This document shows, piece by piece, positions 15,215 to 25,641 of a stretch of 54,140 nucleotides of DNA (position 1 is the first letter of the stretch; each line of letters starts with the position of its first letter). The notes under the pieces are model-generated. The model worked only from the letters and a program-made list of their open reading frames with translations, did not search any database and was not told the origin of the DNA. Source of the DNA: Chloroflexota bacterium (GTDB taxonomy: Bacteria; Chloroflexota; Limnocylindria; Limnocylindrales; CSP1-4). The stretch lies in the NCBI GenBank assembly GCA_031373765.1, contig JANMNF010000071.1, positions 1 through 54,140 of the forward strand. The letters run 5' to 3'. Both the position numbers and the translations under genes were made by a program.

Positions 15215-16636
15215 TTGCGGATGCTCATCGCGGGTGAGTGGACAGACGGTGCTATCCGTGAAGACGTCACGAATCCGTTCAACGGCGACGTGATCGACAC
15301 GGTGCCGGTTGCGTCGCGGGCGGACGTTGATCGCGCGCTCGCAGCCGCGGTAGGGGCGGCCGACCGCCAGCGCCATACCGCAGCCTACGACCGTCAGGCG
15401 ATCCTGCTCCGCGCGGCCGACCTCGCGGACGAGCGGGTTGAGGATCTGGCTCGAACGATCTCGCTCGAGTCGGGAAAGCTCCTGACCGAGGCGACCGGCG
15501 AAGCCTCCCGGGCCGGCGACATGCTTCGTCTGGCTGCGTTCGAGGGCGCTCAGCTCTACGGCGACAGCCTCCCGCTCGACGCACACCGCGGCGCCGGGCA
15601 GGGTCGACTTGGTTTCACGCTCAGGCAGCCGTGTGGGGTGGTCGTCGCGATCACGCCATTCAACTACCCCTCGTTACTCGTCTTGCACAAGATCGCGCCT
15701 GCACTGGCCGCGGGTAACGCGGTCATCCTCAAGCCCGCGCGCAAGACGCCTCTGACGGCGCTCAAGCTTGCCGAGATTCTTCTCGACGCCGGCCTCGATC
15801 CCGAGGCGATCTCCTGTGTAACGGGCTCAGGAGCCGAACTCGGTGCGCAACTGTGTAGCGATCCGCGCGTGCGGAAGATCAGTTTCACCGGCAACTCGGC
15901 AACCGGCCAGGCGATCACCCGGGTTGCCGGAGTGAAGCGCCTGTCCCTGGAGCTCGGGGCCAGTTGTCCCGTCATCGTCCTGCCGGATGCCGACCTCGAA
16001 CTTGCCGCCAGGGCGGTCTCCATTGGCGGCTACGTGAACGCCGGTCAGGTCTGCATTTCGGTCCAGCGAGTCCTCGTCGACCGGACGGTCATGAGTGACT
16101 TCCTTGATGCGCTGACGCCGCTCGTCAAGGCGATCCGTACCGGTGATCCCCTCGATCCCCAGACGACGGTCGGCGTCCTGGTCAGCGATGTCGAGGCGCG
16201 GCGGGTGGAGCAGGCGATCAACGCGAGTGCCGCGGCCGGGTCGCGCGTGTTGGTTGGTGGCGAGCGCGAAGGAACGATGCTCCGGCCAGCCGTCGTGGCA
16301 GACGTCGATCCGGCGAGCCCATTCAGCCGCGACGAGCTATTCGGACCGGCCGTGGCCGTCTCACCGGCATCGGGAATGGACGACGCCATCCGACTTGCCA
16401 ACGACAGCCCGTACGGCCTCGGTGCCGGCGTCTTCACTCGAGACGTGACAAGCGCGCTGCGCTTCGCGCGGGAAGTGGACGCAGGTATGGTGCACATCAA
16501 CTGGACTCCGCTTTGGCGGGCCGATCTGATGCCGTACGGCGGCCTCAAGAACAGCGGAATCGGCAAGGAAGGCGCGCGCTCGGCGGTCGAGGAGATGACG
16601 GAGTCAAAGACGATCATCCTTCATGGAGCGAGCTGA
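15215..16636 (+). CDS. NAD(P)-dependent aldehyde dehydrogenase
   Basis: ALDH family: FNYPSLLVLHKIAPALAAGNAV, SFTGNSATG, catalytic LELGASCP and NAGQVCISVQR. The true start may be ATG 15221. Confidence 0.85.
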   Translation: MRMLIAGEWTDGAIREDVTNPFNGDVIDTVPVASRADVDRALAAAVGAADRQRHTAAYDRQAILLRAADLADERVEDLARTISLESGKLLTEATGEASRAGDMLRLAAFEGAQLYGDSLPLDAHRGAGQGRLGFTLRQPCGVVVAITPFNYPSLLVLHKIAPALAAGNAVILKPARKTPLTALKLAEILLDAGLDPEAISCVTGSGAELGAQLCSDPRVRKISFTGNSATGQAITRVAGVKRLSLELGASCPVIVLPDADLELAARAVSIGGYVNAGQVCISVQRVLVDRTVMSDFLDALTPLVKAIRTGDPLDPQTTVGVLVSDVEARRVEQAINASAAAGSRVLVGGEREGTMLRPAVVADVDPASPFSRDELFGPAVAVSPASGMDDAIRLANDSPYGLGAGVFTRDVTSALRFAREVDAGMVHINWTPLWRADLMPYGGLKNSGIGKEGARSAVEEMTESKTIILHGAS

Positions 16637-16654
16637 CAGGAGGGTCCCCAACCC

Positions 16655-18553
16655 ATGCCCTCGACGGTCCGATTGACGACCGCGCAGGCGATCATTCGAT
16701 ACCTCGGCCGGCAGCACACCGTCGCGGACGGCGAGCGGGCGCGCTCCGTGCCGGCAATGCTCGGCATCTTCGGCCACGGCAACGTCGCCGGGCTCGGCCA
16801 GGCCCTCGATGAGTTCCGGGCAGAGATGCCATATGTTCAGGGCCGCAACGAGCAGTCTCTGGTCCACGTTGCGACCGCGTTTGCCAAGGCATCGCGCCGG
16901 CGGGCCGTGCTCGCCGTCACCGCGTCCGTCGGGCCGGGCGCCACGAACATGGTCACGGGTGCGGCGCTTGCCACGATCAACCGCCTGCCGGTGCTCCTGC
17001 TGCCCGGCGACACTTACGCCACTCGCCGCCAGGGTCCGGTACTCCAGCAGCTGGAGCACCCGTCCGCAGGCGACATCTCCGTGAACGACTGCTTCCGACC
17101 GGTGGCTCGCTACTTCGACCGGATCACGCGCCCGGAGCAGGTCCTTACGGCTCTGCCCGAAGCGATGCGAGTCTTGACAAACCCGTCCGAAATGGGTGCC
17201 GTGGTCATCGCCCTGCCGCAGGATATCCAATCAGAGGCGTACGACTATCCCGCAGCGTTCTTCGCGCCTGCCGACTGGGTCATCGCGCGCCCAGCTCCGG
17301 ATCTCGAGGCCGTGGCCGCGGTGGCTCACCTACTCGCCGAGGCCCATCGCCCGCTGATCGTGGCCGGAGGGGGCGTCCACTACTCCGAGGCTGGGGAGGC
17401 GCTGGCAGGGCTTGCGGGGGAGTTCGGGATCCCTGTTACCGAGACGTTTGCCGGCAAGGGCGCTGTGGAGACCGATGCCTGGTGGGGCATGGGTGGCATT
17501 GGCGTGGAGGGAAATCCGGCGGCAAACAAGCTCGCCGCCGAGGCCGATCTCGTCCTTCACGTGGGCACGCGCCTGACGGACTTCACGACTGCCTCCCAGT
17601 CCATCTTCGCGGATCCTGCGGTCCGATTCGCCTCCATCAACGTGACCGACCATGACGCGCGCAAGCAAGGTGCCCTGCCAATCGTCGCCGACGCTCGTCG
17701 GGCGCTGCTGGCGCTCGTTACCGCGGCACGGGATGCGGGTGTCCGGCCACGGCCCACGTGGGAGGCACGCGCTCGGGAAGTCAAGTCTGCCTGGCTGCCG
17801 ACGCGAGCTGTGGCCCTCGCCGCCCCGGGGCCGGACCGGTTCGGCGGGGAAAGCCTAATGACGCAGGGCCAGCTGATTGGGATCCTCCAGGATGCGGCCC
17901 GGCCGGGTGACACGATCGTCGCTGCCGCTGGCGGACCCCCCGGCGACTTGCTCAAGGTCTGGGACGCGACCGGCGGCAGGTCGTGCCACCTCGAGTTCGG
18001 GTATTCGTGCATGGGCTATGAGCTTCCGGCGACCCTCGGGGTACGCCTTGCCCAGCCCGACGGCGCGGTGATGGCGCTGATTGGCGACGGGACGTTCCTC
18101 ATGCAGCCGACCGAACTGGTCACTGCCCTGCAGGAAGGTCTGAACGTGACGGTGGTGGTCTCGGAGAACCACGGCTTCCAGGTCATCCGGCGTCTTCAGT
18201 TGATGCGCAATGGCGCGGGATTCGGGAACGAGTTCCGCGGACGAACCGGGCCGCTCGCGACTGGCGCGCTGGATGGCCCATACCTCGATCTCGACCTCGT
18301 TGCCCTGGCTGCCGGGCTTGGGGCACGGGCCACCAGGGCCGGAACGCCGGACGCTATCCGTACCGCTCTGGAAGAGGCCCGGTCCCACCCCGGTCCGAGC
18401 GTCATCGTCGTCGCGACGGATCCCGACGTGAACTTGCCGTCCTCGGGCGTGTGGTGGGATGTCGCTTCGGCCGAAGTGTCGGACGTGACGGCCGTGGCGG
18501 AGCGACGACGCGAATACGAGGCAGGGCTCGCCAGTCAGCGATGGCATGGCTGA
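16655..18553 (+). CDS. iolD: IolD paralog 1: ThDP-dependent 3D-(3,5/4)-trihydroxycyclohexane-1,2-dione acylhydrolase
   Basis: VRLTTAQAIIRYL...IFGHGNVAGLGQAL...GPGATNMVTGAA...IGDGTFLM. The length (632 aa) and N-terminus are typical of IolD. Confidence 0.85.
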   Translation: MPSTVRLTTAQAIIRYLGRQHTVADGERARSVPAMLGIFGHGNVAGLGQALDEFRAEMPYVQGRNEQSLVHVATAFAKASRRRAVLAVTASVGPGATNMVTGAALATINRLPVLLLPGDTYATRRQGPVLQQLEHPSAGDISVNDCFRPVARYFDRITRPEQVLTALPEAMRVLTNPSEMGAVVIALPQDIQSEAYDYPAAFFAPADWVIARPAPDLEAVAAVAHLLAEAHRPLIVAGGGVHYSEAGEALAGLAGEFGIPVTETFAGKGAVETDAWWGMGGIGVEGNPAANKLAAEADLVLHVGTRLTDFTTASQSIFADPAVRFASINVTDHDARKQGALPIVADARRALLALVTAARDAGVRPRPTWEARAREVKSAWLPTRAVALAAPGPDRFGGESLMTQGQLIGILQDAARPGDTIVAAAGGPPGDLLKVWDATGGRSCHLEFGYSCMGYELPATLGVRLAQPDGAVMALIGDGTFLMQPTELVTALQEGLNVTVVVSENHGFQVIRRLQLMRNGAGFGNEFRGRTGPLATGALDGPYLDLDLVALAAGLGARATRAGTPDAIRTALEEARSHPGPSVIVVATDPDVNLPSSGVWWDVASAEVSDVTAVAERRREYEAGLASQRWHG

Positions 18554-19524
18554 TGACTGAGCGTGGGCCCATCCTGGCGCTCGGTCCGATCGATGACGTC
18601 GTGGTGGACCATCTCCGCCCCTTCGGTGATGTCATCGAAGTGGGCGCAGGCGACGTGTCAATAGCCGACCTCCTGCCGATGGCCATCGGCCTGATCGCAC
18701 GCGGTAGCAGCGTTGTCGACCGTCAGGTCATCACCGCCGCAGGAAACCTGCGCGTTATTGGAAGGAGCGGGATCGGGGTCGATCTCGTCGATCTCGCAAG
18801 CGCGAGCGAGCGGCGTATCCCCGTGGTCGTGACGCCGAACGCCGGCACGAACGCCGTGGCGGAGGGGGCGCTGGCGCTCATCCTGCACCTCGTCAAGAGG
18901 CTCGGGCCGCTCACCGAGCTGGTTCGCGAGGGTCGCTGGGCCGAGCGTGAATCGGTCGACGTAGGCGATCTTGAGGGTGCGACGCTCGGGATCGTCGGCT
19001 TTGGCCGGATCGGGCGGCGGCTCGCTGAGCTGGGCGGTGCTCTCAACATGAGCGTCGTGGCATTTGACCCGTATGCGGATCCGCTCACGGCATCTGGGTT
19101 GGGCGTCGATCTGGTCGACCTCGATCGACTTGCCGAGACCGCCGACGTAATCAGCCTCCACGCCCCTCTTACCGCCGAGACGACGCACCTCATCGATGCC
19201 GCCGTCCTGGATCGGGTTCGTAGTGGCACCGTTCTCGTCAACTGTGGGCGCGGTGGCTTGCTGGATCTGGACGCAGTCCATGCGGCGCTGCTTGATGGGC
19301 GCCTGGCCGGGGTGGGTCTCGATGTCTTCGAACCGGAGCCTCCGCCGCCCGGCGGGCATCCGATCTTCCAGCACCCAGCCGTGGTCCTCACGCCCCACGT
19401 ACTCGGCCTGTCCCGACGGGCCAAACGCCGGATATTCCAGGAAATGACCGACGGAATGGCGTCCGTCCTCGCCGGCGGACGCGCCATGAACATCGCCAAT
19501 CCGGAGATCTACGACGAGGCCTGA
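18541..19524 (+). CDS. D-isomer-specific 2-hydroxyacid dehydrogenase
   Basis: GIVGFGRIGRRLA Rossmann motif, RIPVVVTPNAGTNAVAE, NCGRGGLLD, TPHVLG. The start is ATG 18541 or ATG 18553 (the latter overlaps the iolD stop). Confidence 0.8.
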   Translation: MAWLMTERGPILALGPIDDVVVDHLRPFGDVIEVGAGDVSIADLLPMAIGLIARGSSVVDRQVITAAGNLRVIGRSGIGVDLVDLASASERRIPVVVTPNAGTNAVAEGALALILHLVKRLGPLTELVREGRWAERESVDVGDLEGATLGIVGFGRIGRRLAELGGALNMSVVAFDPYADPLTASGLGVDLVDLDRLAETADVISLHAPLTAETTHLIDAAVLDRVRSGTVLVNCGRGGLLDLDAVHAALLDGRLAGVGLDVFEPEPPPPGGHPIFQHPAVVLTPHVLGLSRRAKRRIFQEMTDGMASVLAGGRAMNIANPEIYDEA

Positions 19525-19553
19525 CCGCCAGCCGCCTGGCGATCGCGCTCAGG

Positions 19554-20558
19554 TCAGGGCGTGATGATGATCTTGGTGGCCTGACCTGATCGTAGCTGTG
19601 CGACCCCATCGAGGACCTCGCTCAGGGGCAACACGGCCGACACGATTGGTGCGAGGTTGAGGGTGCCGCTCTCCACGAGGCGAATGGCGGCCGGAAACGT
19701 GAAGTTCGAGATGTAAGAGCCGAGAATTGACAGCCCCTTCTCGGTGATCTCGACCTGATGGATCGGCGGACGCGCCGCTCCGTTCATCCCGAACACGATA
19801 ATCCGCCCGCCCATCCCGGCGGCCTCGATAGCGGGACCGAGGACGCTCCCAACGGCATCGACCACAATGTCGGCGCCACCGGGCAGGATTTCATGGCGCC
19901 GGGCGGCGAATTCGTCCGGCGTGAAGGTGAAGTCCGCCGCGACGGCTTTCGCAACGGCGGCCCTGACAGCGTTCGGCTCGATCACGATGACCGGCCCGGC
20001 GCCCGAGGCTTTGAACACCGCCGCGAACAGACACCCGATCGTGCCGGCACCGATGACGACCACGGATTCTCCTGGTCTGGCGGCCGCTCGATTTGTCCCG
20101 TTCACTACACACGCAAGCGGCTCCACGAGAGCCGCCATCTCGAGTGGTACGTCCTCTGATATCGGGTAGACGGCCGCCGCGGGCGCAATCACGAATTCGG
20201 CAAATGCACCATCCCTGTAGACTCCGAGCGCGCGGATGTTTTCGCAGTTGGCAGGCCGGCCGGCGCGACAGGATGTGCAGGCATTGCACTTCGGATCCGG
20301 GTCGACGACGACGCGCTGACCGACACCGACGCTCGTCGCCGCCTCGCCGACAGCGGTGACGCGGCCCACGAACTCGTGCCCGAGGATTGTGCCTGGCGTC
20401 GCCGGATGACCCGGAGGGACATTGAGGATCTGGAGGTCACTCCCGCACATCCCGCACGCCTCGATGGCGATGAGGACATCATCCGCCTGCTCGACTTGCG
20501 GGCTCGGGCGGTCCTCGAGGCGCAGTTCGCCGTTACCGTGAAAGACGGCGGCACGCAT
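19554..20558 (-). CDS. Zinc-dependent medium-chain alcohol/polyol dehydrogenase
   Basis: ATG at 20558. CGMCGSDL, GHEFVGRV and the structural-Zn cysteines CNACTSCRAG, plus VIGAGTIG Rossmann motif. 334 aa. Confidence 0.85.
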   Translation of the reverse strand: MRAAVFHGNGELRLEDRPSPQVEQADDVLIAIEACGMCGSDLQILNVPPGHPATPGTILGHEFVGRVTAVGEAATSVGVGQRVVVDPDPKCNACTSCRAGRPANCENIRALGVYRDGAFAEFVIAPAAAVYPISEDVPLEMAALVEPLACVVNGTNRAAARPGESVVVIGAGTIGCLFAAVFKASGAGPVIVIEPNAVRAAVAKAVAADFTFTPDEFAARRHEILPGGADIVVDAVGSVLGPAIEAAGMGGRIIVFGMNGAARPPIHQVEITEKGLSILGSYISNFTFPAAIRLVESGTLNLAPIVSAVLPLSEVLDGVAQLRSGQATKIIITP

Positions 20559-21418
20559 CACGTTCCCCTTCGTTTCATCAGACGTCGACCGACTCGCAGG
20601 ACGAGACCGGAGCCAAAGAGCAGGGCGACTGTCGAGAGGAGCAGCACCGTCGCGACGGCGTTCACCTCGGGTGTGACCCCAAACTTGATCTGCGTATAGA
20701 TATACAACGGGAGCGTGACCTGTGGTCCAACGGTAAAGAACGTAATGATGAACTCGTCGATCGAGAGCGTCACGCTGATGAGAGCGCCGGCCACGATCGC
20801 GGGCGAGATGAGCGGCAGGATCACGTGGCGCAACGCCTGGCGCGGGCTGGCTCCGAGGTCGGCCGCCGCCCACTCGAGGCGGTGATCGAAGCCCTGGAGC
20901 CGCGCGGCGACGATCAGGACCACGAACGGCGTCGTGAATACGAGGTGGCCGGCAATCACCGTCAGGAGCGACAGCTCGAGGTCCAGAACCCGACGGAAGA
21001 AGATGAGCATCGCGATGCCCAGGAGGATCCCGGGCAGCATGATCGGCATCGTCGCCAGGATACGGACAGCGTCGGGGTGGCGGATTCCGCCACGGACCAG
21101 AGGGAACGCGGCCATCGTTCCGATCAGGGTCGCCAGGAATGCGACGGCTGCAGCGACGATGATCGAGTTCTTGACCGCCTCGAGCAGCAAGCTGTTGCCT
21201 GCCGCTACTTCGTACCAATGCAAGGTGAGATTGACGATCGGGAGACCTGGGGTGCGCGGCTCGTTGAATGAGAACAGGACGAGGAAGGCGATCGGCACGT
21301 AAAGGAAGACGAGCACGGCGACCGCCCAGAGCCAGAGGACCCAGCGCGTGGGCCGGGCATACGGGCTGACGGGCATCGTCTCCAGCGGATCGATCTGCTT
21401 ACCCACGAGCCACGACAT
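20558..21418 (-). CDS. ABC transporter permease (PotC-like)
   Basis: Six TM segments. EAA-type loop WAAADLGASPRQALRHVILP. Alternative start at 21376. Confidence 0.8.
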   Translation of the reverse strand: MSWLVGKQIDPLETMPVSPYARPTRWVLWLWAVAVLVFLYVPIAFLVLFSFNEPRTPGLPIVNLTLHWYEVAAGNSLLLEAVKNSIIVAAAVAFLATLIGTMAAFPLVRGGIRHPDAVRILATMPIMLPGILLGIAMLIFFRRVLDLELSLLTVIAGHLVFTTPFVVLIVAARLQGFDHRLEWAAADLGASPRQALRHVILPLISPAIVAGALISVTLSIDEFIITFFTVGPQVTLPLYIYTQIKFGVTPEVNAVATVLLLSTVALLFGSGLVLRVGRRLMKRRGT

Positions 21419-22319
21419 CCTCTAGCCGGAGGTACTTGCGGAAGACGACCAGGAGAGCCGTGACGAACACGGCGATGATGATCGCGAACGCCGCACCTTG
21501 AGCGATCTGCGCGCCCCGGAAGAAGTTCACCACCAGATTCGCGATGAGGGAGCCCTGTACGCCGCCTACAAGCGTTGGCGTCAGGAACTCACCCAGAATC
21601 GGGATGAACATGAAAATGCAGGCGGTGATGATCCCGGAGCGAATCTGCGGCACGAGGATGTGCCTAAATGCCTGATCAGGCCGCGCGCCGAGGTCCTGGG
21701 CGGCGTGCAACTGGCTGAAGTCGAACTTCTCGAGCGCTGCGTAGAGTGCCAGCGCGGCGAATGGGAAGTAGACGTAGACAAGAACGATGAACACCCCGAC
21801 GTCGTTGTAGACGAACAGGCGCGACGGTTCGTCGAGGATGCCGACTGCCTGGAGGGCCTGGTTGAGCGCGCCCCGCTCTCCAAGAATCGCCTGCCACGCA
21901 TAGACACGCAGGAGATAGCTCGTCCAGAAGGGCACGATGACCGCGAGCAGGACCAATCGCTGCCGCCGGCGGCTGACGTACCGGACGAGGAAGTAGGTGA
22001 ACGGCACCGCCGCGCCCAGGCCGGCGGCCGTCACCGCCGTTGCCATGAGCATCGTCTTGATGAACGTTCGAATGTAGGTCGGGACGGTGAAGAACTTCAG
22101 GTAGTTATTGAGGTTCCATTCCGGAACCAGATTGAAATCGACGTCGGTTCGCCAGAAGCTGAAGACGACCATGAACGCCATCGGCGCGATGAACAGGAGG
22201 AACAGCGCGATCGCGCCCGGGATGGCGGGTGCGATCCGTCCAAAAGAGCGCGATGGTGCCGCCGATCCGGGCTGGACCAGCGGCACCTCGTTCAGGCTGA
22301 CGCCTGAGGTCTGGTTCAT
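21399..22319 (-). CDS. ABC transporter permease (PotB-like)
   Basis: EAA-type loop HAAQDLGARPDQAFRHILVPQ. Six TM segments. Confidence 0.8.
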   Translation of the reverse strand: MNQTSGVSLNEVPLVQPGSAAPSRSFGRIAPAIPGAIALFLLFIAPMAFMVVFSFWRTDVDFNLVPEWNLNNYLKFFTVPTYIRTFIKTMLMATAVTAAGLGAAVPFTYFLVRYVSRRRQRLVLLAVIVPFWTSYLLRVYAWQAILGERGALNQALQAVGILDEPSRLFVYNDVGVFIVLVYVYFPFAALALYAALEKFDFSQLHAAQDLGARPDQAFRHILVPQIRSGIITACIFMFIPILGEFLTPTLVGGVQGSLIANLVVNFFRGAQIAQGAAFAIIIAVFVTALLVVFRKYLRLEDVVARG

Positions 22320-22345
22320 GGGTGAGGCCGGTTCCCTGACTTCGG

Positions 22346-23464
22346 TCAGGCTCCGAACACCTCGTTGAACGCGTCGATGGCGCCCTGCGTCGATGACCCA
22401 GGGCCCTTGAGGGTCATGGTGTTGACCGTCTCGGGCTTGTTGTAGAGGAACCGGTCAGCGCGGTCCTTCTGGCCCTTGTCCACGAGCAGCTTGTAAGCGG
22501 CCTCGTTGAACAGCGGCCGGCCATACCGGATGAAGTTCTCGGCAATGTGCTCGGCCTGCTCGGCAACTTCCAGGAACGGCTTGAGCAAACTGTTGTTCTT
22601 GCCGCCCTTGACCAGCATCTCCGCGTCCATCCAGCCGACGGTCCCCTCCTTCGGGGTGAAGCCGATGATCTCGGGTCCGCCACCCTCCTTGACCCTTTCC
22701 TCGGCTCCCAGGTTACCGGTCGCGATCCACGCCTCTTCGTTGATCAACGACGTGATGGTCTCCGTGTTCTGTTGGGTCAGTTTGAGGAGGTTCGGCTTGA
22801 GGAGCGTGAGCATCTCCTTTGCCTGCGCAAGCTCCTCATCGGTCATGTTGTAGGGATCCTTGGCGCCGGCGAACTTGGCCATGTAGGCGACAATCTCGAC
22901 CGGCTGGTTCTCGACAACGATATGACCCTTGTACTTGGGGTCGAGCAGCACCTCCCACGAGTCGGGCGGCGTCGTGACGTACTTCGGGTTGTAGTAGAGC
23001 TGGACCGGGGACCAGCCGAACGGATAGCCCAGGTAGCCCTCGGGCTTCTTCCAGATCGAGAAATCGCGCGCGATCGAGTAGAGCTGCTTCGCGACCTGGA
23101 GCTCGTTGATGTCCCAGGCTTCGATGAGACCGTCCTCGAAGTACTTCGGCACCCACAGCGCATCGCCGGAGATCATGTCGAGCTGTCCGCCGACTTCCTT
23201 GACTTTCGTGTAGCCCTCGGAGTTGTCGGCAAGCTCGGTGATGCTCGTCTTGAGCTCCTGGTCCTTGGCGATCGCGGCGAGCTGTTCGTCGTAGTAGTGA
23301 TCGCTCCAGGTCATCCAGTTGAACGTGCCCTTGGTGCTCCCGCCACCGCCGCCGGTAGTACAGGCAGCGGCCAGGCCCCCAAAGGCCACTACGCCACCCA
23401 TGGCTGCCGACGCCTGCAAGAAGCGACGCCGGGATAGATTGTTGTACCTCGCCATTTGATCCAT
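22346..23464 (-). CDS. Periplasmic/lipoprotein substrate-binding protein of a Pot-type (polyamine-like) ABC importer
   Basis: ATG at 23464. Twin-arginine-like LSRRRFLQ followed by lipobox LAAC. The body resembles PotD/PotF-family binding proteins. Confidence 0.75.
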   Translation of the reverse strand: MDQMARYNNLSRRRFLQASAAMGGVVAFGGLAAACTTGGGGGSTKGTFNWMTWSDHYYDEQLAAIAKDQELKTSITELADNSEGYTKVKEVGGQLDMISGDALWVPKYFEDGLIEAWDINELQVAKQLYSIARDFSIWKKPEGYLGYPFGWSPVQLYYNPKYVTTPPDSWEVLLDPKYKGHIVVENQPVEIVAYMAKFAGAKDPYNMTDEELAQAKEMLTLLKPNLLKLTQQNTETITSLINEEAWIATGNLGAEERVKEGGGPEIIGFTPKEGTVGWMDAEMLVKGGKNNSLLKPFLEVAEQAEHIAENFIRYGRPLFNEAAYKLLVDKGQKDRADRFLYNKPETVNTMTLKGPGSSTQGAIDAFNEVFGA

Positions 23465-23466
23465 CG

Positions 23467-24564
23467 CTATGTCCTCGCTTCCGATCCTGCCATGACGATC
23501 GCCGCTGTTGTTGACCACCAGACGCCTACCTCCTCGTCGACATGCCCCTCCGGATCCTGAGACTCAACGTCACCTCCATGAAGTCGATGCACGACGAGGG
23601 CACCTGCCGCCGTGCCGACCGTAACTCGAGTGTGATTCCCCAAGAACGCCATGCCCAGGACTCGTCCCCGAATCGCCGTCGCAGGCGCGCGTTCAATCGG
23701 CGCGATGACGAGCGATTCCGGCCGCAACATCAGCGTCGCGGGTCCATCGATTGCCGTGTCAGGAGCGGGTATCCGCTCCCTGCCTGCGACGAGGAACCAC
23801 GTCTGCAGATCCTCGTGCCGGATCACTCCCTCGATGAAGTTGGATTCGCCGATGAAATCCGCCACGAACCGATCCACGGGCTGGTAATAGACGTCACGCG
23901 GCGTTCCGATCTGGCTTACACGCCCGCCCGACATGACGGCGATGCGCGTTGACATCGAGAGTGCTTCTTCCTGATCGTGCGTGACGAACACGAACGTCGT
24001 GCCAACCTGGCGATGAATCCGCGCGAGTTCAAGCTGCATCTGGTGACGCAACTTGAGGTCAAGTGCGCCCAGGGGCTCGTCGAGAAGGAGTACCGCCGGC
24101 CGTCGTGCCAGCGCCCGAGCCAGCGCGACACGCTGCTGTTGGCCACCCGACAGCTGGGACGGAGCCCGCTGTGCGTGGTCGAGGAGGCCAACGAGATCCA
24201 GGTACTCATCGACCCTCTGACCGACTTCGGCCTTGTTGAGGCCGGCCATGCGCAACCCGAACTCAACGTTCTGGGCCACCGTCATGTGCGGAAATAGGGC
24301 GTAACTCTGGAACACGGTGTTCACGTTCCGCTTGTGGGGCGGCAGGTCATTGACTCGGCGCCCCTCGATCCGCAGCTCTCCGGAACTGAGCGGGATGAAG
24401 CCGCCGATAAGGTTGAGGGTCGTGGTCTTGCCACAGCCGGACGGCCCGAGGAGACAGAAGAACTCGCCGGGTTCGATCTGGAGCGAGACGCCATCGAGCG
24501 CCACGACGTCACCGTAGCGCTTTGTCGCGTCGATCAGCTCGATGGCCGGCTGGGGCTCAGTCAT
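23467..24564 (-). CDS. ABC transporter ATP-binding protein (PotA-like)
   Basis: ATG at 24564. Walker [10 protein letters not shown], signature [15 protein letters not shown], Walker [12 protein letters not shown], and a C-terminal TOBE-like domain. Its start overlaps the lacI-family stop. Confidence 0.9.
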   Translation of the reverse strand: MTEPQPAIELIDATKRYGDVVALDGVSLQIEPGEFFCLLGPSGCGKTTTLNLIGGFIPLSSGELRIEGRRVNDLPPHKRNVNTVFQSYALFPHMTVAQNVEFGLRMAGLNKAEVGQRVDEYLDLVGLLDHAQRAPSQLSGGQQQRVALARALARRPAVLLLDEPLGALDLKLRHQMQLELARIHRQVGTTFVFVTHDQEEALSMSTRIAVMSGGRVSQIGTPRDVYYQPVDRFVADFIGESNFIEGVIRHEDLQTWFLVAGRERIPAPDTAIDGPATLMLRPESLVIAPIERAPATAIRGRVLGMAFLGNHTRVTVGTAAGALVVHRLHGGDVESQDPEGHVDEEVGVWWSTTAAIVMAGSEART

Positions 24565-25624
24565 GGGCGGCCCCCCCGGCAGCCTGAGAAGCGCGGGAGC
24601 GCGTGCTCTCACGGATGGCCAGCTCAACGGGCAGCACAACGGCCTCCGGCAATTGTCCCGACCGGATCGCATCGACGAGTGAGGAAGCGGCCAGACGTCC
24701 AAGTTCAGTGAGCGGGGTGACCACGGTCGTGAGGCGAGGATTGGACATCTCCGCGAAAGGGATGCCGTCGAAGCCCACCACCGCGACGTCGTCGGGGACA
24801 CGCACGCCGAGCACCCGGAGGGCATCCATCAGGGCGAGGGCCAGCATGTCGTCGTAGCAGATCAGGGCCTCCGGAAGGTCGGCGGCAATCAGTGCGGCGG
24901 TAGGTGCCGGTGTGAGCCAGCCGTCATCCGGGCTCGGGTAGCGATCTGTCCGATGAGCGATTCCGTGCTTCTTCAGCGCCCGCTCGACCGCTTCTCGACG
25001 GACCGTGCTCGATACCAGGCCGCCGCTGCCGACGTACGCGATGTCGCGGCGCCCAGTCTCAACGAGATGATCAACGATCGCCTCAACACCGCTGGCGTCA
25101 TCGGTCAGAATCAACGACGGCTTCGCGAGCCCGGTATCTGGTCCCATCAAACGCTGATCAGGCAGCACGAAGATCATCCGGTCCGGCCGCGCATGCGACC
25201 GGGCTTCGTCGATGGTCATCACGCCGGAGACCACGGCGATCCCGTCAACCGCCTGCTCCGTGAAGACGCGAAGAACGTCCCGCTCCAACGTTGCATCCTG
25301 CATGCCGGTACCAACGATGACTCGATAGCCGCCGGCCAACGCCTCCTGCTCAAATGAGGCCGCAATCTGTCCGTGGAACGGGTCGCTGAGGTCCGGAATG
25401 AGCAGTCCCAGGATCCGGGTCCGTCTTGCGCGGAGGCCGCGCGCTGCGGCGTTCGGGACATACCGCAACTCGACCGCAGCAGCCTTGACGGCGTCGCGCG
25501 TCGGCTCGCTGATCCGTGGGTCGTCCACCAATGCGCGAGACGCGGTCGACCGAGAGACGCCGGCCATTCGGGCGACGTCCTCGAGGCCGACGCGGCGATG
25601 CGGAGTCGGGTCATCGAGAGCCAT
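24557..25624 (-). CDS. LacI-family transcriptional repressor
   Basis: N-terminal HTH VGLEDVARMAGVSRSTASRALV...YVPNAAARGLR plus a periplasmic-binding-protein-like sugar-binding core. Confidence 0.9.
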   Translation of the reverse strand: MALDDPTPHRRVGLEDVARMAGVSRSTASRALVDDPRISEPTRDAVKAAAVELRYVPNAAARGLRARRTRILGLLIPDLSDPFHGQIAASFEQEALAGGYRVIVGTGMQDATLERDVLRVFTEQAVDGIAVVSGVMTIDEARSHARPDRMIFVLPDQRLMGPDTGLAKPSLILTDDASGVEAIVDHLVETGRRDIAYVGSGGLVSSTVRREAVERALKKHGIAHRTDRYPSPDDGWLTPAPTAALIAADLPEALICYDDMLALALMDALRVLGVRVPDDVAVVGFDGIPFAEMSNPRLTTVVTPLTELGRLAASSLVDAIRSGQLPEAVVLPVELAIRESTRSRASQAAGGAAHD

Positions 25625-25641
25625 GGGTTCGCTTCATCCGC

